From the NCBI GenBank assembly GCA_905178155.1, contig CAJINV010000011.1, positions 2,251,331 to 2,315,330 of the forward strand: a DNA stretch of 64,000 nucleotides, read 5' to 3'. The notes beneath the pieces were generated by a model, which had not been told where the DNA came from, searched no databases, and saw nothing but the letters and a program-made list of their open reading frames with translations. Positions 1 to 11,997 of the stretch are shown here, piece by piece; positions within the stretch are counted from its first letter, which is position 1, and each line of letters starts with the position of its first letter. A program made the translations under genes and the position numbers. This DNA is from Amoebophrya sp. A120. Lineage: Eukaryota; Protista; Dinoflagellata.

Positions 1-28
1 CATAGCATGGGGACGTGGGCTCAAAACG

Positions 29-123
29 AAAAACTTCCTGCCGGCAGGAAGTTTTTTTGGCCGGCCTCCGGGAGCCGGGAAAACGGTGGCCCAGCCAAGA
101 AACTTCCTGCCGGCAGGAAGTTT
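29..123. repeat. Two perfect palindromes (AAACTTCCTGCCGGCAGGAAGTTT core)
   Basis: 28-bp palindrome at 29-56 and 24-bp palindrome at 100-123, read directly. Confidence 0.9.
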
Positions 124-189
124 TTCGGGTTGAGCCCTCTTTGGAATGCCATAGCGTGGGCATTCGGTCTCGAAGCGGAAGACTTTTCC

Positions 190-1951
190 GACTCTGTTTG
201 CCTGCAGCCACAGGCGCTCTGCCATAGTTTCCATAATTTAGGGAAACTATAGCAGAGGCATGGGCGGGGCGCCAATTTCCGGTGCTGTTCGCCTGCAGAA
301 AGAGGCTCTCTGCCATAGTTTCCATAATTTAGGGAAACTATGGCAGAGGCACTGGTAGAGCACCAATTCCCGATGCTATTTGCCATCTGAGTTGGGAGCT
401 CTGCCATAGTTTCCATAATTCAGGGAAATTATGGCAGGGAAGGAGAGCGCCTTGATTTTTGCCAGACAAGCGTTCCTAATTTCAAAATTTTATTTTTAAT
501 GAAGCGGGAAAACCGCGAAAGTTCAAAATTTTATTTTTATGAGCGAGGCTGCAGCCTCTTTGTCTGTTTCGCCTTTTTTGCGGAAGGGAGGTTTGGGGCC
601 AGACTGCTCGGGCACCGATTTCCGATGCTGTTGGCCTGCAGCAAGGGGCGCTCTGCCATAGTTTCCATAATTTAGGGAAACTATGGCAGAGGCACTGGTA
701 GAGCGCCAATTTCGGGCGCTGTTTGCCTGCAGCAAGAGGCGCTCTGCCATAGTTTCCATAAATTATGGAAACTATGGCAGAGGCACTGGACCAGCACCAA
801 TTTCCGATGCTGTTGGCCTGCCGCAAGAGGCGCTCTGCCATAGTTTCCATAATTTAGGGAAACTATGGCAGCGGCACTGGACCAGCACCAATTTCCGATG
901 CTGTTGGCCTGCAGCAAGAGGCGCTCTGCCATAGTTTCCATAATTTAGGGAAACTATGGCAGAGGCACTGGACCAGCGCCAATTTCCGACTCTGTTTGCC
1001 TGCAGCCACAGGCGCTCTGCCATAGTTTCCATAATTTAGGGAAACTATGGCAGAGGCATGGGCGGGACGCCGATTTCCGGCGCTGTTCGCCTGCAGAAAG
1101 AGGCTCTCTGCCATAGTTTCCATAATTTAGGGAAACTATGGAAGAGGCACTGGTAGAGCACCAATTTCCGATGCTATTTGCCATCTGAGTTGGGAGCTCT
1201 GCCATAGTTTCCATAATTCAGGGAAATTATGGCAGGGAGGGAGAGCGCCTTGAATTTTGCCAGACAAGCGTTCCTAATAAATTTCAAAATTTTATTTTTA
1301 ATGAAGCGGGAAACGGAAAACCGCGAAAGTTCAAAATTTTATCTTTATGAGCGAGGCTGCAGCCTCTTTGTCTGTTTCGCCTTCTTTGCGGCAGGGAGGT
1401 TTGGGGCCAGACTGCTCGGGCACCGATTTCCGATGCTGTTGGCCTGCCGCAAGAAGCGCTCTGCCATAGAAGTTTCTATAAATTATGGAAACTATGGCAG
1501 AGGCACTGGACCGGCACCAATTTCCGATGCTGTTGGCCTGCCGCAAGAGGCGCTCTGCCATAGTTTCCATGATTTAGGGAAACTATGGCAGAGGCACTGG
1601 ACCAGCGCCAATTTCCGATGCTGTTGGCCTGCAGCAAGAGGCACTCTGCCATAGTTTCCATAAATTATGGAAACTATGGCAGAGGCACTGGACCAGCGCC
1701 AATTTCCGATGCTGTTGGCCTGCCGCAAGAGGCGCTCTGCCATAGTTTCCATAATTTAGGGAAACTATGGCAGAGGCATGGGCGGGGCGCCAATTTCCGG
1801 TGCTATTCGCCTGCAGAAAGAGGCTCTCTGCCATAGTTTCCATAATTTAGGGAAACTATGGCAGAGACACTGGCGGGACCCCAATTTCCGGCGCTGTTCG
1901 CCTGCAGAAAGAGGCGCTCTGCCATAGTTTCCATAATTTAGGGAAACTATG
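190..1951. repeat. Satellite 1: ~91-bp tandem repeat with 16-bp-stem hairpin
   Basis: Each unit has CTCTGCCATAGTTTCC-ataatttag-GGAAACTATGGCAGAG plus one of a few related ~50-bp linkers. Interrupted twice by an AT-rich module. The repeated 86-aa ORFs at 91-bp offsets reflect the period. Confidence 0.95.
481..650. repeat. AT-rich module associated with the satellites (copies at ~481-650, ~1283-1460, ~3143-3302, ~13100-13259)
   Basis: Shared TTCAAAATTT...GAAAACCGCGAAA(G/C)TTCAAAATTTTAT(T/C)TTTATGAGCGA...GTTTGGGGCC...TTTCCGATGCTGTT. Confidence 0.85.
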
Positions 1952-3142
1952 GTGTTCAGAGATGACCTTGGCAATAATTCCCGGCCGACCGGCAATTCTT
2001 GCCAAGTCACCAGTTTGGGTGGCCAGTCCGCGCCGAGATTCTGGGTTTCAGAGGTGATCTTGGCAATAATTCCCGGCCGACCGGCAATTATTGCCAAGTC
2101 ACCAGTTTGGGTGGCCAATCCGCACTGTGATTCTGGGTTTCAGGGATGACCTTGGCAATAATTCCCGGCCGACCGGCAATTCTTGCCAAGTCACCAGTTT
2201 GGGTGGCCAGTCCGCGCCGAGATTCTGGGTTTCAGAGGTGATCTTGGCAATAATTCCCGGCCGACCGGCAATTATTGCCAAGTCACCAGTTTGGGTGGCC
2301 AATCCGCACTGTGATTCTGGGTTTCAGGCGTGACCTTGGCAATAATTCCCGGCCGACCGGCAATTCTTGCCAAGTCACCAGTTTGGGTGGCCAGTCCGCG
2401 CCGAGATTCTGTGCTTCAGAGATGACCTCGGCAATAATCCCCGGCTGACCGGCAATTATTGCCAAGGCACCAGTTTGGGACGCCAATCCGCACCGAGATT
2501 CTGGGTTTCAGAGATTACCTTGGCAATAGTTCCCGGCTGACCGGCAATTATTGCCAAGTCGCCAGTTTTGGTGACCAATCCGCACTGTGATTCTGGGTTT
2601 CCCAGGTGACTTTGGCAATAATTCCCGGCTGACCGGCAATTCTTGCCAAGTCACCAGTTTGGGTGGCCAATCCGCACGGAGATTCTGGGTCTCAGGGGTG
2701 ACTTTGGCAATAATTCCCGGCTGACCGGCAATTATTGCCAACGCACCAGTTTGTGTGGCCAATCCGCACTGTGATTCTGGGTCTCCGGGGTGACTCTGGC
2801 AATAATTCCCGGCTGACCGGCAATTCTTGCCAAGCCGCCAGTTTGGGGGGTCAATCCGCACCGTGATTCTGGGTTTCAGGGGTGACCTTGGCAATAATTC
2901 CCGGCTGGCCGGCAATTATTGCCAAGTCGCCAGTTTGGGTGGCCAGTCCGCACCGTGCTTCTGGGTTTCGGGGATGATCTTGGCAATAATTCCCGGCTGA
3001 CCGGCAATTCTTGCCAAGCCGCCAGTTTGAGTAGCCAGTCCGCACCGTGCTTCTGGGTTTCGGGGGTGACCTCGGCAGTAATTCCCGGCGGACCGGCAAT
3101 TATTGCCAAGTCACCACTTTGGGCTGTCAATCCGCACCGAGA
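1952..3142. repeat. Satellite 2: ~92-bp tandem repeat (184-bp dimer substructure) with ~40-nt hairpin
   Basis: Core CTTGGCAATAATT-CCCGG-C(C/T)GA-CCGGC-AATT(A/C)TTGCCAAG repeated about 13 times. Confidence 0.95.
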
Positions 3143-3970
3143 TTTCAAAATTTCGTTTTTATTCCAACGAGAAAACCGCGAAACTTCAAAATTTTATTTT
3201 TATGAGCGAACTTGCAGACACATCTTCTTAGCGGCAGGGAAGTTTGGGGCCTGCCTGTACGGACATCTATTTCCGATGCTGTTCTTTGCATGCAGCAAGA
3301 GGTACCGGAAGGATGGAGTCGTGGAGCCAGAAAAAGCTGGCCCGCTGTTGGAACATGAGTGTGGTATCGAAATCGATGCGCAGTGCCGGATGGGCACTGC
3401 TGAGCTTTGTACGGGATGTACGGAGCCGCGCCCCCGGCCGAGTGTTTTTTCCGCTCCTGTTGAATGGGAGATGCACTCTCGCGGGGTCTCCAGCTCTGTC
3501 GTGGTCGCGTCTCGCTTTAACTCTACTTGACCTTCTCGCACACGAGAGTGTATTCGAGAGAAAGCGCGCGATCGGTGTTATAATGAGTAGAGATGGGTAG
3601 TTAGGTATATTTTGTTATATTCCCGCTTCGATCGCTATCGTTTTGTTGCTGGTCTTTTTTCAATTCGTTGAACGAACACGAAGCAAACCATAGGTGTTGG
3701 TTTTGTCGTAGTGCAGTCGCATTGTCGTTTTCTAGCGTGTGTTTTTTTGTTGCTCCTCTATGTCTACTTTTTCCTCGCATTTCTTGTGTCGATTTGAAAT
3801 CGAGCGGAGGTAGCAGTCAGTACCATTCCTAGCTCGAGCTAACGTACAACAGGACGCTTCCCCGTGTGCAATGGTTTACATCAAGAATAGAGAAGAAGGC
3901 GCCTAGGAATCGATCCAACGCAGTTTTAAGTTTGAAGGCATCGTATCTATAAATATCAAGAAAGCAAAAC

Positions 3971-5839
3971 ATGTCAAGTGCAGGGAAGGGCGGTTGCAGT
4001 TCCAGCGTGGCTGCAGCCGCGGCTGGCGACGACAACGGGAACGTGGCACCTGGTGAACGACCAGAAAACCGCAGTACAACATCTCTCCCGGTCACCATCC
4101 GAAACCTGGCCAACCACGCGGACGGCGACCTCGATGTTGTTGCACTCATCGAAAATTGCAACACTGACGGCGCATTTATTACAGCGAAGGAGCTGAAGCG
4201 GGCCATCGCGGCTGGGATGAATGCGGCCGACAAAACGAAGAAGCAGTGCTGTGCTTCGACCCGTCCACCAGTGCACTGGGAGCACATCCGGCTTGCGCAA
4301 AAAGTGGAAGACAATAACAGCGCGGACCCGCAGACCGATGCCACCTCCGGAGGTGAAGACATTGTAGTTGGAAATGAGGACGAGAATGAAAACAGCCCGT
4401 GTCGGTCTCCGTCAGCTAGTCGCGGTCTCAACTTAGAACCCGTAACGGATGACGAGAAAACGTTTGAGCGCAGTCGCGAATTTCTTGAAGCCGACATCCT
4501 GTACTGCTACATCGATTTTAAGCCGTTTGAAGACCGCGGTGCGCTGAATCACGCGGTCAACCTGCTCTTGGAGGCGCGGATGGAAATAGATACGTACGAT
4601 ACGTTGTTTCCAATGACTATCGCCGAAAGGCGCCGGTATGAAGCCGCGCGAATGCCGGTTCCAGCACTAGCGGAGATCAACACCGCGTCGGGGGCTATCA
4701 TGGAACAGTGTAAGACCATCGCCGATGTGGAGGAGATTTACGGGCCGGCGCGAGTATGGGATGTGTCCCAACTCGAAAGCTTGGCGCTTTTGTTTTGCCT
4801 TCATGGCACAAACAGATTCAACTTAGACATCTCGGGATGGAACGTCGCAGGAGTCAAGGACTTCTACGGCATGTTTTCCGGGTGCGAACAGTTTAACCAG
4901 CCCATTGGCGCCTGGAATATGGGATGCGCCGAAATAACCTGCAGCATGTTTCGTGACTGCTGCAAGTTCAACCAGGAGCTCAACGGCTGGGACCTCCGCA
5001 ATGTAGACGACTTTGCCGACATGTTTTGCATGTGCACGGACTTCGCGATTTCAAACCTGGTTGCCTGGGACACGACTGCCGTCCAAGATACATCGGGGAT
5101 GTTCGCCGCAAGGTCATCGAAAAATAGCTCCATCGTGGGCGACGTGCGTGAGATTTTGGAGTCGCGCGCCCGGCCGCGACAGCGCCAGGAGCCAGACGGT
5201 ACTTCTAGCAGAAGTCTTGTTTATTACAAACCCTGGGAGCTCCCGCAGCTGCGTGTGGCAGCCGGAATGTTCGGGACTGCATTAGTAGATGAGTCTCCTG
5301 CCGGCCGTATGGATGCGGCGACGCTGCGAGCCATGTTCGGCGACGAGCATTGGAAGGCAGTGGTGGGGACCACCCGGGAGAGCCTGTCCGCCTGCAGTGC
5401 CTTCGACGCGGAAAATTACCTAGCAAGCGCGAACGGTCACCGTGCCTCGCACAACCTGTTCGTCCTTCCGAACGAGGGAGCAGAGGTGCTTTTCGATCCT
5501 TCGGTGGGTCGGTTTCGCGGGGGGCTTGCCTTCACCGTGAGCATTCGGACGCACACGAAGATTCCGCTGACGAACTTCTGGAAGAAGTACTTACCCAAGA
5601 CGGTTCTTGACAACGGATTGGTTCCCCTGCAAATTATGCCCGAGCGCGATCTCTACCACCCGATCCAGTATTCGTCTCCGCCGAATCCGAAGCGAAACAA
5701 GGGCGAACACGTCGATCCGCTATCAGCTGCAACCAAGTTTGTCGACCTGCATTCGAGGGAACCACGGATTCGTGCTCTCATGCGAGCATGGAGAAATCGT
5801 AGAAAGCAAGAGGTAATTCCAGCAGAAGATGATTTTTAG
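3971..5839 (+). CDS. DUF285 / BspA-like repeat protein, copy 1
   Basis: 622-aa ORF with ~25-aa repeats FNLDISGWNVAGVKDFYGMF / FNQPIGAWNMG..SMF / FNQELNGWDLRNVDDFADMF, the FNQ-x-I-x-x-W-D...MF pattern of DUF285. Confidence 0.85.
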   Translation: MSSAGKGGCSSSVAAAAAGDDNGNVAPGERPENRSTTSLPVTIRNLANHADGDLDVVALIENCNTDGAFITAKELKRAIAAGMNAADKTKKQCCASTRPPVHWEHIRLAQKVEDNNSADPQTDATSGGEDIVVGNEDENENSPCRSPSASRGLNLEPVTDDEKTFERSREFLEADILYCYIDFKPFEDRGALNHAVNLLLEARMEIDTYDTLFPMTIAERRRYEAARMPVPALAEINTASGAIMEQCKTIADVEEIYGPARVWDVSQLESLALLFCLHGTNRFNLDISGWNVAGVKDFYGMFSGCEQFNQPIGAWNMGCAEITCSMFRDCCKFNQELNGWDLRNVDDFADMFCMCTDFAISNLVAWDTTAVQDTSGMFAARSSKNSSIVGDVREILESRARPRQRQEPDGTSSRSLVYYKPWELPQLRVAAGMFGTALVDESPAGRMDAATLRAMFGDEHWKAVVGTTRESLSACSAFDAENYLASANGHRASHNLFVLPNEGAEVLFDPSVGRFRGGLAFTVSIRTHTKIPLTNFWKKYLPKTVLDNGLVPLQIMPERDLYHPIQYSSPPNPKRNKGEHVDPLSAATKFVDLHSREPRIRALMRAWRNRRKQEVIPAEDDF

Positions 5840-5848
5840 TATTTTTCT

Positions 5849-6544
5849 TTGCATGTTGGTGCGCGTATCCGCATCATGATCCTGTTTTTGATATGCGTCG
5901 CTGATCTGTTTATAAAATTCTTGTCTTCACATTCATGGACACTTCAGGAGGAGTTGGCGCGTCAGAAGCTGAACGGGCGGCTTTCACAACGCATGAGCCT
6001 CCGGGAGTTTTTTCTGAATCAACTTCATGTTTCCGAGGAATGGTTTGACCTTGTCACGGAGCGGTTATTCCTGGTCGCGTCAGAACTTTCCGAGGTCCTG
6101 GATCTGGAGAAGGTCATGAAGCTACTGGCGGCCGATGACTTTCCCGCGGTTTGCTTGCGAATTTTTCCTGCATTTTGCCGGATCGTCAAGCTGCACCGGG
6201 AAGCACCACCGGATTACCACGAAGTGCGGTACCATGCGGTCATGCTGGAAGACGCGGTGTGCTCAATCATCACCGCTGCGAGATTGTTTCCGGAGATCCA
6301 AAGACTCTTGCCGGGCTCCCTCGACGACAACAAGCTCAGTGCATGGCTGGAACAGGAAGAAGTGGTGGTGAAGTGGCTCCAAAGTAGTAGTGGTCGGAGA
6401 CTGCCCGCTTTTCCGATGCCCGAGTACGTCAGGGATACGGCAGACGAAAATCCGCCGGGGCACAAGTACGAAATTGTAAAAGAAGACTTTCGACGACATG
6501 CAATTCTGGAAGATGCTCGTGGAACCCCGTTTGTCGCGGAATAA
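5849..6544 (+). CDS. Hypothetical protein (separate gene or further exon), copy 1
   Basis: 231-codon open frame with helical, protein-like composition. Start is uncertain; no family recognised. Confidence 0.45.
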   Translation: MHVGARIRIMILFLICVADLFIKFLSSHSWTLQEELARQKLNGRLSQRMSLREFFLNQLHVSEEWFDLVTERLFLVASELSEVLDLEKVMKLLAADDFPAVCLRIFPAFCRIVKLHREAPPDYHEVRYHAVMLEDAVCSIITAARLFPEIQRLLPGSLDDNKLSAWLEQEEVVVKWLQSSSGRRLPAFPMPEYVRDTADENPPGHKYEIVKEDFRRHAILEDARGTPFVAE

Positions 6545-6827
6545 TCGGACGTGGTCAATGCGATGGAGCAGGCAGCTAGGTTTTGGATTTTGGAAGAATG
6601 GAAAACGCTTTTGGTAGTCGTAGAGTGTTTATTGCTGTAATTTTTTGGCAAAATGAAAATGTTGAACTGGTATTGGAATACTTATAATATGTTGCTGTAG
6701 TCCTAGTCGTGGTGAACACACGATGACAGTGAAGACGATTCAGTAAGGTATCTCCTGCTTGTACGATGAGGTAGGGCCGACGCACCTGTCAGAAGGAAAA
6801 GCGTCGACACACGGAACTACCTCCTGA

Positions 6828-7319
6828 TCAAGATTTCGTCAGTGATTGTTTCGTTTCCGCAGTATGAAATGAAAAAGTGGAAGATTTTGATTTGTCCAAA
6901 CGCGAAGATTTCGCGCTGGCAGCCGGTTCCGCTTCGAAATTCGCCTTAGGCTCAGTGAAGAAAGATGCCACTTCTTCTTTTTGGTGCCTGGGACTTTTTT
7001 TCCACTCCTGCAGGGAGGCTCTTGTAACTTGTAGTTGTAACGAATACGCGAAGTAGGCTCTCACCCCTACGTCGATTTGAAAGCGTGGTCGGTCGGTCCA
7101 AGTTGTCGGAGAAATCTGAGATGCTGATGAAGAAAGGCAGACGAGGGTGAACGAGTCACCGCATTCTGCGTCTCGGGAATCACACCACAGGTCTAGATCA
7201 TTGGCGTGGCGTACGTACTGGCCCTGTATCAGAATTCCAATCCAATCCGCCTGATTGTTTGAATTTCCAGATCGACATCGGATTTCTGTGTACTTTTTTC
7301 CTCGGAGGTTCTGGAACAA
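6828..7319 (-). CDS. Hypothetical ORF, disrupted in the second copy of the block
   Basis: 163-aa open frame only. The homologue at ~16790-17062 has indels and breaks off. Confidence 0.2.
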   Translation of the reverse strand: MFQNLRGKKYTEIRCRSGNSNNQADWIGILIQGQYVRHANDLDLWCDSRDAECGDSFTLVCLSSSASQISPTTWTDRPRFQIDVGVRAYFAYSLQLQVTRASLQEWKKSPRHQKEEVASFFTEPKANFEAEPAASAKSSRLDKSKSSTFSFHTAETKQSLTKS

Positions 7320-7407
7320 TATGGCTTATAAAGGTCGGCTTCACGTTCACACCACTTCGAGAGACCGCTGCTAGATGATCTGGGTGTTTTCCAATTCTGC
7401 ACGACGA

Positions 7408-7476
7408 CGTCGCATTGGCTCACCAAAACGTCTATCGGTGACATCATGATGTAAATGTAAATGCCAAATAACGATC
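7408..7476 (+). repeat. Junction motif copy 1 (longest)
   Basis: CGTCGCATTGGCTCACCAAAACGTCTATCGGTGACATCATGATGTAAATGTAAATGCCAAATAACGATC. Other copies at 8433-8481, 18043-18102, 19200-19262, 20331-20353, 20367-20406 and 21420-21466. Confidence 0.95.
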
Positions 7477-8432
7477 ACAGCTTTTCTCGAGGATGCGGCA
7501 CAGCTTCATCCGGCACGTGCGGGTGCAGAAAAATGGGTGGATCGAGATAAATTTTAAGAGCAACATGGAGCTGATGGAGCTCAACAGCATCGTGCAGGCG
7601 GAGGAGAGGAACGTCACGCGGATGTTCCTCACCGACCTGCAGGTCAAGGAGTACATCGTCAGAAAAATTTCAGAAGAAGATGGCGACAAGTACGAAGAGG
7701 CTCGAAGACGCTGCAAAAGACCACCCGGACGACGAGTACGAGGGCGGTAGCAGCGGCGAGGAGGGCGGCGAGATGTCGGACAAGGAGCCGATGCCGGCCT
7801 CGTCGACGGTTAATACGGGTGCGGGAGCAGGTACAGGCGCAGCTGCGAGCTCGGGTAGCTCGGCTGCCCTCCCCCCGAACCAAAAGCAGCAGCATGTGCA
7901 GCAGCAACAGAACGTGGACCCGGCGCGCGCGGCGAGCCAGTCCAAGAACAAAACCGCAAGCACGGTGCTGAAGCTCAAAAAGAAGAATTCGGGCAAAAAC
8001 CAGAACAAACTGAAGGACAAGAAGGAGACCGGCGCCGCCGGAGGCGATTCCGGGGTGGCAAAACCGGAAAAGCAGAAACGGGTGGTGACAGGTTTCTTCA
8101 ACAGGAGCGGCAGATCGACGACGGGTGGAGGACGAGGGCGATCCACCGTCTTCGGGGAAGACGCTTAGCGCGAACTGCGGAAAACAAGTAGGTGCTGGGG
8201 ACCAACAAGCCTACCATGGAGTGAACCAACAAAACAATCAAAAACCGGAATTAATTAAATCGACGAAGCACGACCTGCATACATGCAACAGAGTTCCAGA
8301 AAGCCCTAAAGATATATTTGCAATGACGAAAGAACAACCTGCAACAAGATGGAGATATTAGTTTTTTGGTGCAAGAAGAGCTGTAACATTTAGATCGACC
8401 ACAAGAACGCACTACCCCCGGAGGGCTACGCT
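7477..8432 (+). other. 956-bp insert flanked by a 49-bp duplication of the junction motif; carries a 5'-truncated, frameshifted coding fragment
   Basis: ACGTCTAT...AACGATC lies on both sides (7428-7476 and 8433-8481). Overlapping ORFs 7493-7750 and 7680-8168 are in different frames. Absent from the second copy of the block. Confidence 0.7.
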
Positions 8433-8924
8433 ACGTCTATCGGTGACATCATGATGTAAATGTAAATGCCAAATAACGATCGACCTCAACCACTCTTTCT
8501 CTGCCAGAAAAATGAAGATACAAGCTAAGGCTCGATCCGTCTTGAAATTCCTCTTCAACTGAGTCGACGTCTGGCATGTACTAAATTGATATTGCTGTGG
8601 TCCCCGTGCACGAAGGCAAGGCGTTTTCAGCACGAGGCCCGTATTGTCCTCTGAAGCTCGACTGTAGCTGGAATTGCTGTAGTCAAGTCGATCCGTACCA
8701 TTTCTGCTCCTTCATATCACGAATTTGTTGACATGTAGTACATTCCTCAACACCTCCTTGGCAGCGATTTTGGTTTCATCTAGAGTTTTGATATATCATT
8801 GTATTGCAGAACTGAACTAAGCGCCGAATTCAACGCACGCCACTGCCTCAACAGTAAACTAACAAACTGGACACCGACGCCGACCGCCAGGTGGTGCTAC
8901 AACGAACTAGACGTTATTCCAAAA

Positions 8925-10672
8925 ATGTTTCAGCAACTGAAAATCAAAATGTTATTCCTTCCCGCGTTGCTCCTTGCCGGCGTGGGTTCCGCGCTTCTTG
9001 CACCCACCCGCAAGCGGCGCGGTCGTAGTGGTATTGGCTCGGCGGGTAAGGCGGAGAAGAAACGGAAGGAGAATTATATGGACGAGAAGAAGGCTGCTTT
9101 GCCAGAAGAGAATTTTGGCCGTGTGACTGGATTCGAAACCCCAGAGGCTGCTGTAGAAGAGTTTGTTCGCCGGAATCCGGAGGCAAAGGGCAAAGTGGCG
9201 GCTTTCCGGCTCCCGGACGAATTACTAAAACAGCTGCAAGAAGTGGAAGCTGAGTACGCGGAGCGCGCACGGAGAGGTGGAAGCACGCGACGGAAGCCGC
9301 GGAGGGACGTGCAGATGTTATCGGACGGCGCAGCGGAGTTCTGGGAGCGCTTGGCAGAAGTGAAAGCCTGGCTTTTCGAGAAAATGGAAGAGGAGTCTTG
9401 TCTTATTGGCGGCGATTCATCTTCGGAAATGGAGCGTGTTGACGAAAGAATGAGTGCAAAAGATGACCTCCTCCGCGCTCAATTCTTGGACTCGCAAGTC
9501 CGTGGGACGCCGAGCACGCTTCACGAAGTGATAGGGGGCGTTGCAGATGGTCGAGTGGTTGCTGGGTTTTTACACCAGTTTCGTGAGTACGCAAATTCAA
9601 CGCCCGGCACTGGTGATTGGGTTGGTCCCAGCCCCCAATATGCTGTCAATTTCGAAACGAATGCCAATATCCAAAGCTACTGATTTTGGGTCATCAAGCC
9701 ACAAGATTCTAAATTACTTGTAGTAAGCTACAAGTAAAGTAGTTCTCGTAGTAAATAGAAGTTCTTGTAGTAAAAGTAAACTACAACTGTCCTGCTACAA
9801 CCCGTGTTGTAATTCAGTAATGAGGCCCTTGGGGGGAGTCCACAAGACCCAGGGCCGATTTTTCTGAGTGCAGATCATGCTGTCAAATGCCGCAGACAAG
9901 TACATGATTGCCCTTGCCCGCACTAGGTACGGGCATTCGCGTGAAAATGCTGCATTAAAGTGAATTATATCGCAGTAGCTACAAGACTCAAAATTTGTCT
10001 AGGATACGTCATTCTTTCAATGCGCCACAGGCGTGGCACCAAGACGGTATGCAGCCCTTTGGCTCGAAGTACCTGGTTCTTATCACGGTAAACACACCGG
10101 CCGGTCTGGACACGCAAAAAACCGGCACCTGGATTGGCACTAACGACTTACTTTGCGGTTCAGAACCCTGGATCTCGTTTCCGGAAAATGGCGAGCAAAC
10201 TGGAGCCGCGGCGGCACAAGAAGTGGTGGCACCGTCGGGGACGATGAACAAGTGCCAGGACAAAAAAAGGATCTTTGGCTCCGCGGCTCGCCCGCCTCTG
10301 TTAGCGGGCGATCCTGAGCTAGATCAAAAAGCTCATTACCAGCTTTTACGCCCTTACGAAGATGCCAAGCCGCTCTCTGACACTTCTGAGGGTGGCATGA
10401 GGGACACCGACACACGACAAGGACCAGCAGTGGCGGAGAACGTTCTTCCGGTTGATGATGTGAAGCAGAAACTAGTCAAGGCGCCTTCCTGCGACTCTCG
10501 CATGGTTCTGGTTCCGGGCCCCCCGGGCACCGTGCTGGTCATCAAAAATGACGCTCTCGTACATGCGGGGCCGCAGATGATTCTGTCCGGAAAGGAAGAA
10601 TGGACGTATGAGGAGGTTCGCGAGAAGTGTTGGGACCGACAACGCCGCACGTTGTTGCGCCTCAATATCTGA
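8925..10672 (+). pseudogene. 2OG-Fe(II) oxygenase-like gene, copy 1, probably inactivated
   Basis: Homologous to 21934-23595, but has TGA at 9681 where copy 2 has CGA, plus extra low-complexity sequence at ~9715-9790. Confidence 0.6.
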
Positions 10673-10829
10673 AGCAACAGTAGTTCGACTTGAAGCACTT
10701 GAGAAAAATCAGTATTCATCGTATTAATTGTGTATCTGGAGCAGGATAGAGGCTCCACCTCCACCTCAAGACGCAGGCTAGATAGTGGAGGCTACTTAGT
10801 AGCTATCCCATACAGGCAGGGTCTGAGTG

Positions 10830-10910
10830 AGGTTTTTGGTAAAAAGTTTTGGTAAGAAGGAAGGTTTTTGGTAAAGCGCTTGTCGTTTGCAAAAAGGTTT
10901 TTGGTAAAAC
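10830..10910. repeat. Short GTTTT(T)GGTAA repeats (also 23743-23838)
   Basis: 4-5 copies per locus in the intergenic region; possibly subterminal repeats of a decayed element. Confidence 0.6.
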
Positions 10911-11997
10911 GGTTCAATTATCTCTATTTCCTCTAATAAATAACGTCTGGCGAACGCAAACCTGACTGTTGCGCCGAGCCCAGTCAGCGTGACGGCGTAA
11001 CGTAAACTGACAACTGGTATTTATCGCGGGGGAGGGGCAAGTTCACTGCTAGCTGCCCCTACTAAAAATTCGTAATGGTGGTCAAGTTTTAGCTCATGAA
11101 TATGTAGCTCCGGCTGCACTCTCAAAGTTCTGGAACGCCACTACCCTCCGCCACCCGACTGACCTGACCTGACAACTCCTAAGTACTTATCCTAGCTGTA
11201 GCTAAGTACTTATGCTAAAATAAAGGTAGTTCGCTTTACTGAACAAGCGCAACTAGTACTAGTGGTCGGGTTCAGTAGTTTTCTTGTGCCTGACAATTGA
11301 AAAAAAGATGTGCCAATTTGAAGTACATGTAATATCGGAAACTGTTTGATTCTTTTATTTGTTTTCGCATTCCAAGGAATGTCATTACTGCTCCTTTTGC
11401 TGAGTCAAGTTTTGCCGGAGCGCTTTCATCAAAACCAGAAACAGGGAACAAGAGCGTTGTGAAACGGAAAGTGTACAATGAAAATGTCGAATGCACATTG
11501 ACGTGCAACTCTATATATAAATGTAGCAGTTGAAACAGGTAATAGAATCACTTCTGTCCTCGTGGTGGAGCGCTCCGAGACAGACTACGGGCAAGCTTGT
11601 TCTTCATTGCTTCTGGCGCAGGTGGCCGTGTAACTGCACTGTTATTAGACTGACGGTCCGTGCCTTTGGCTTCGAGAGTGAGGGGCGAGAGGGTGGAACC
11701 ATGCAAGTCGACAAGTGGTTTGGCTATAGATCCGTGCGAAAGTGACAAGGAATTTCGTCCACAGTCCTCGCTGAATACATATACTGTGTCTCGATGTACG
11801 TACTGCGTCCACGCCTGGCGGTCGTCGTCGTCGTGACACGTTTGTACTAATACTTGCTGGACTCCCTCTCCCGTAATAGATGGAGGCACTTCACTCCCGG
11901 TGAGAAGGCTTTCGACGGCCAGCAGCATCCATTCGTGACGCTAGGATCTTCAAATTGAAAGCCAAGTAAATTGGAGGCGAGTTTCAAAACTATTAAC

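Noticed and set aside
190-3142. Palindromic repeat plus variable linker resembling a CRISPR array
   Set aside because: Linkers are homologous and recur in higher-order patterns; no cas genes; eukaryotic context. These are satellites.
7-3148. Many 60-140 aa ORFs (METMAE.., MATQTG..)
   Set aside because: Translations of the satellite units at 91/184-bp offsets.
7408-7476. Junction motif as a hammerhead ribozyme or library adapter
   Set aside because: No CTGANGA/GAAA core on either strand, and no match to adapters I know. It also continues into the same native flank in both duplicated blocks.
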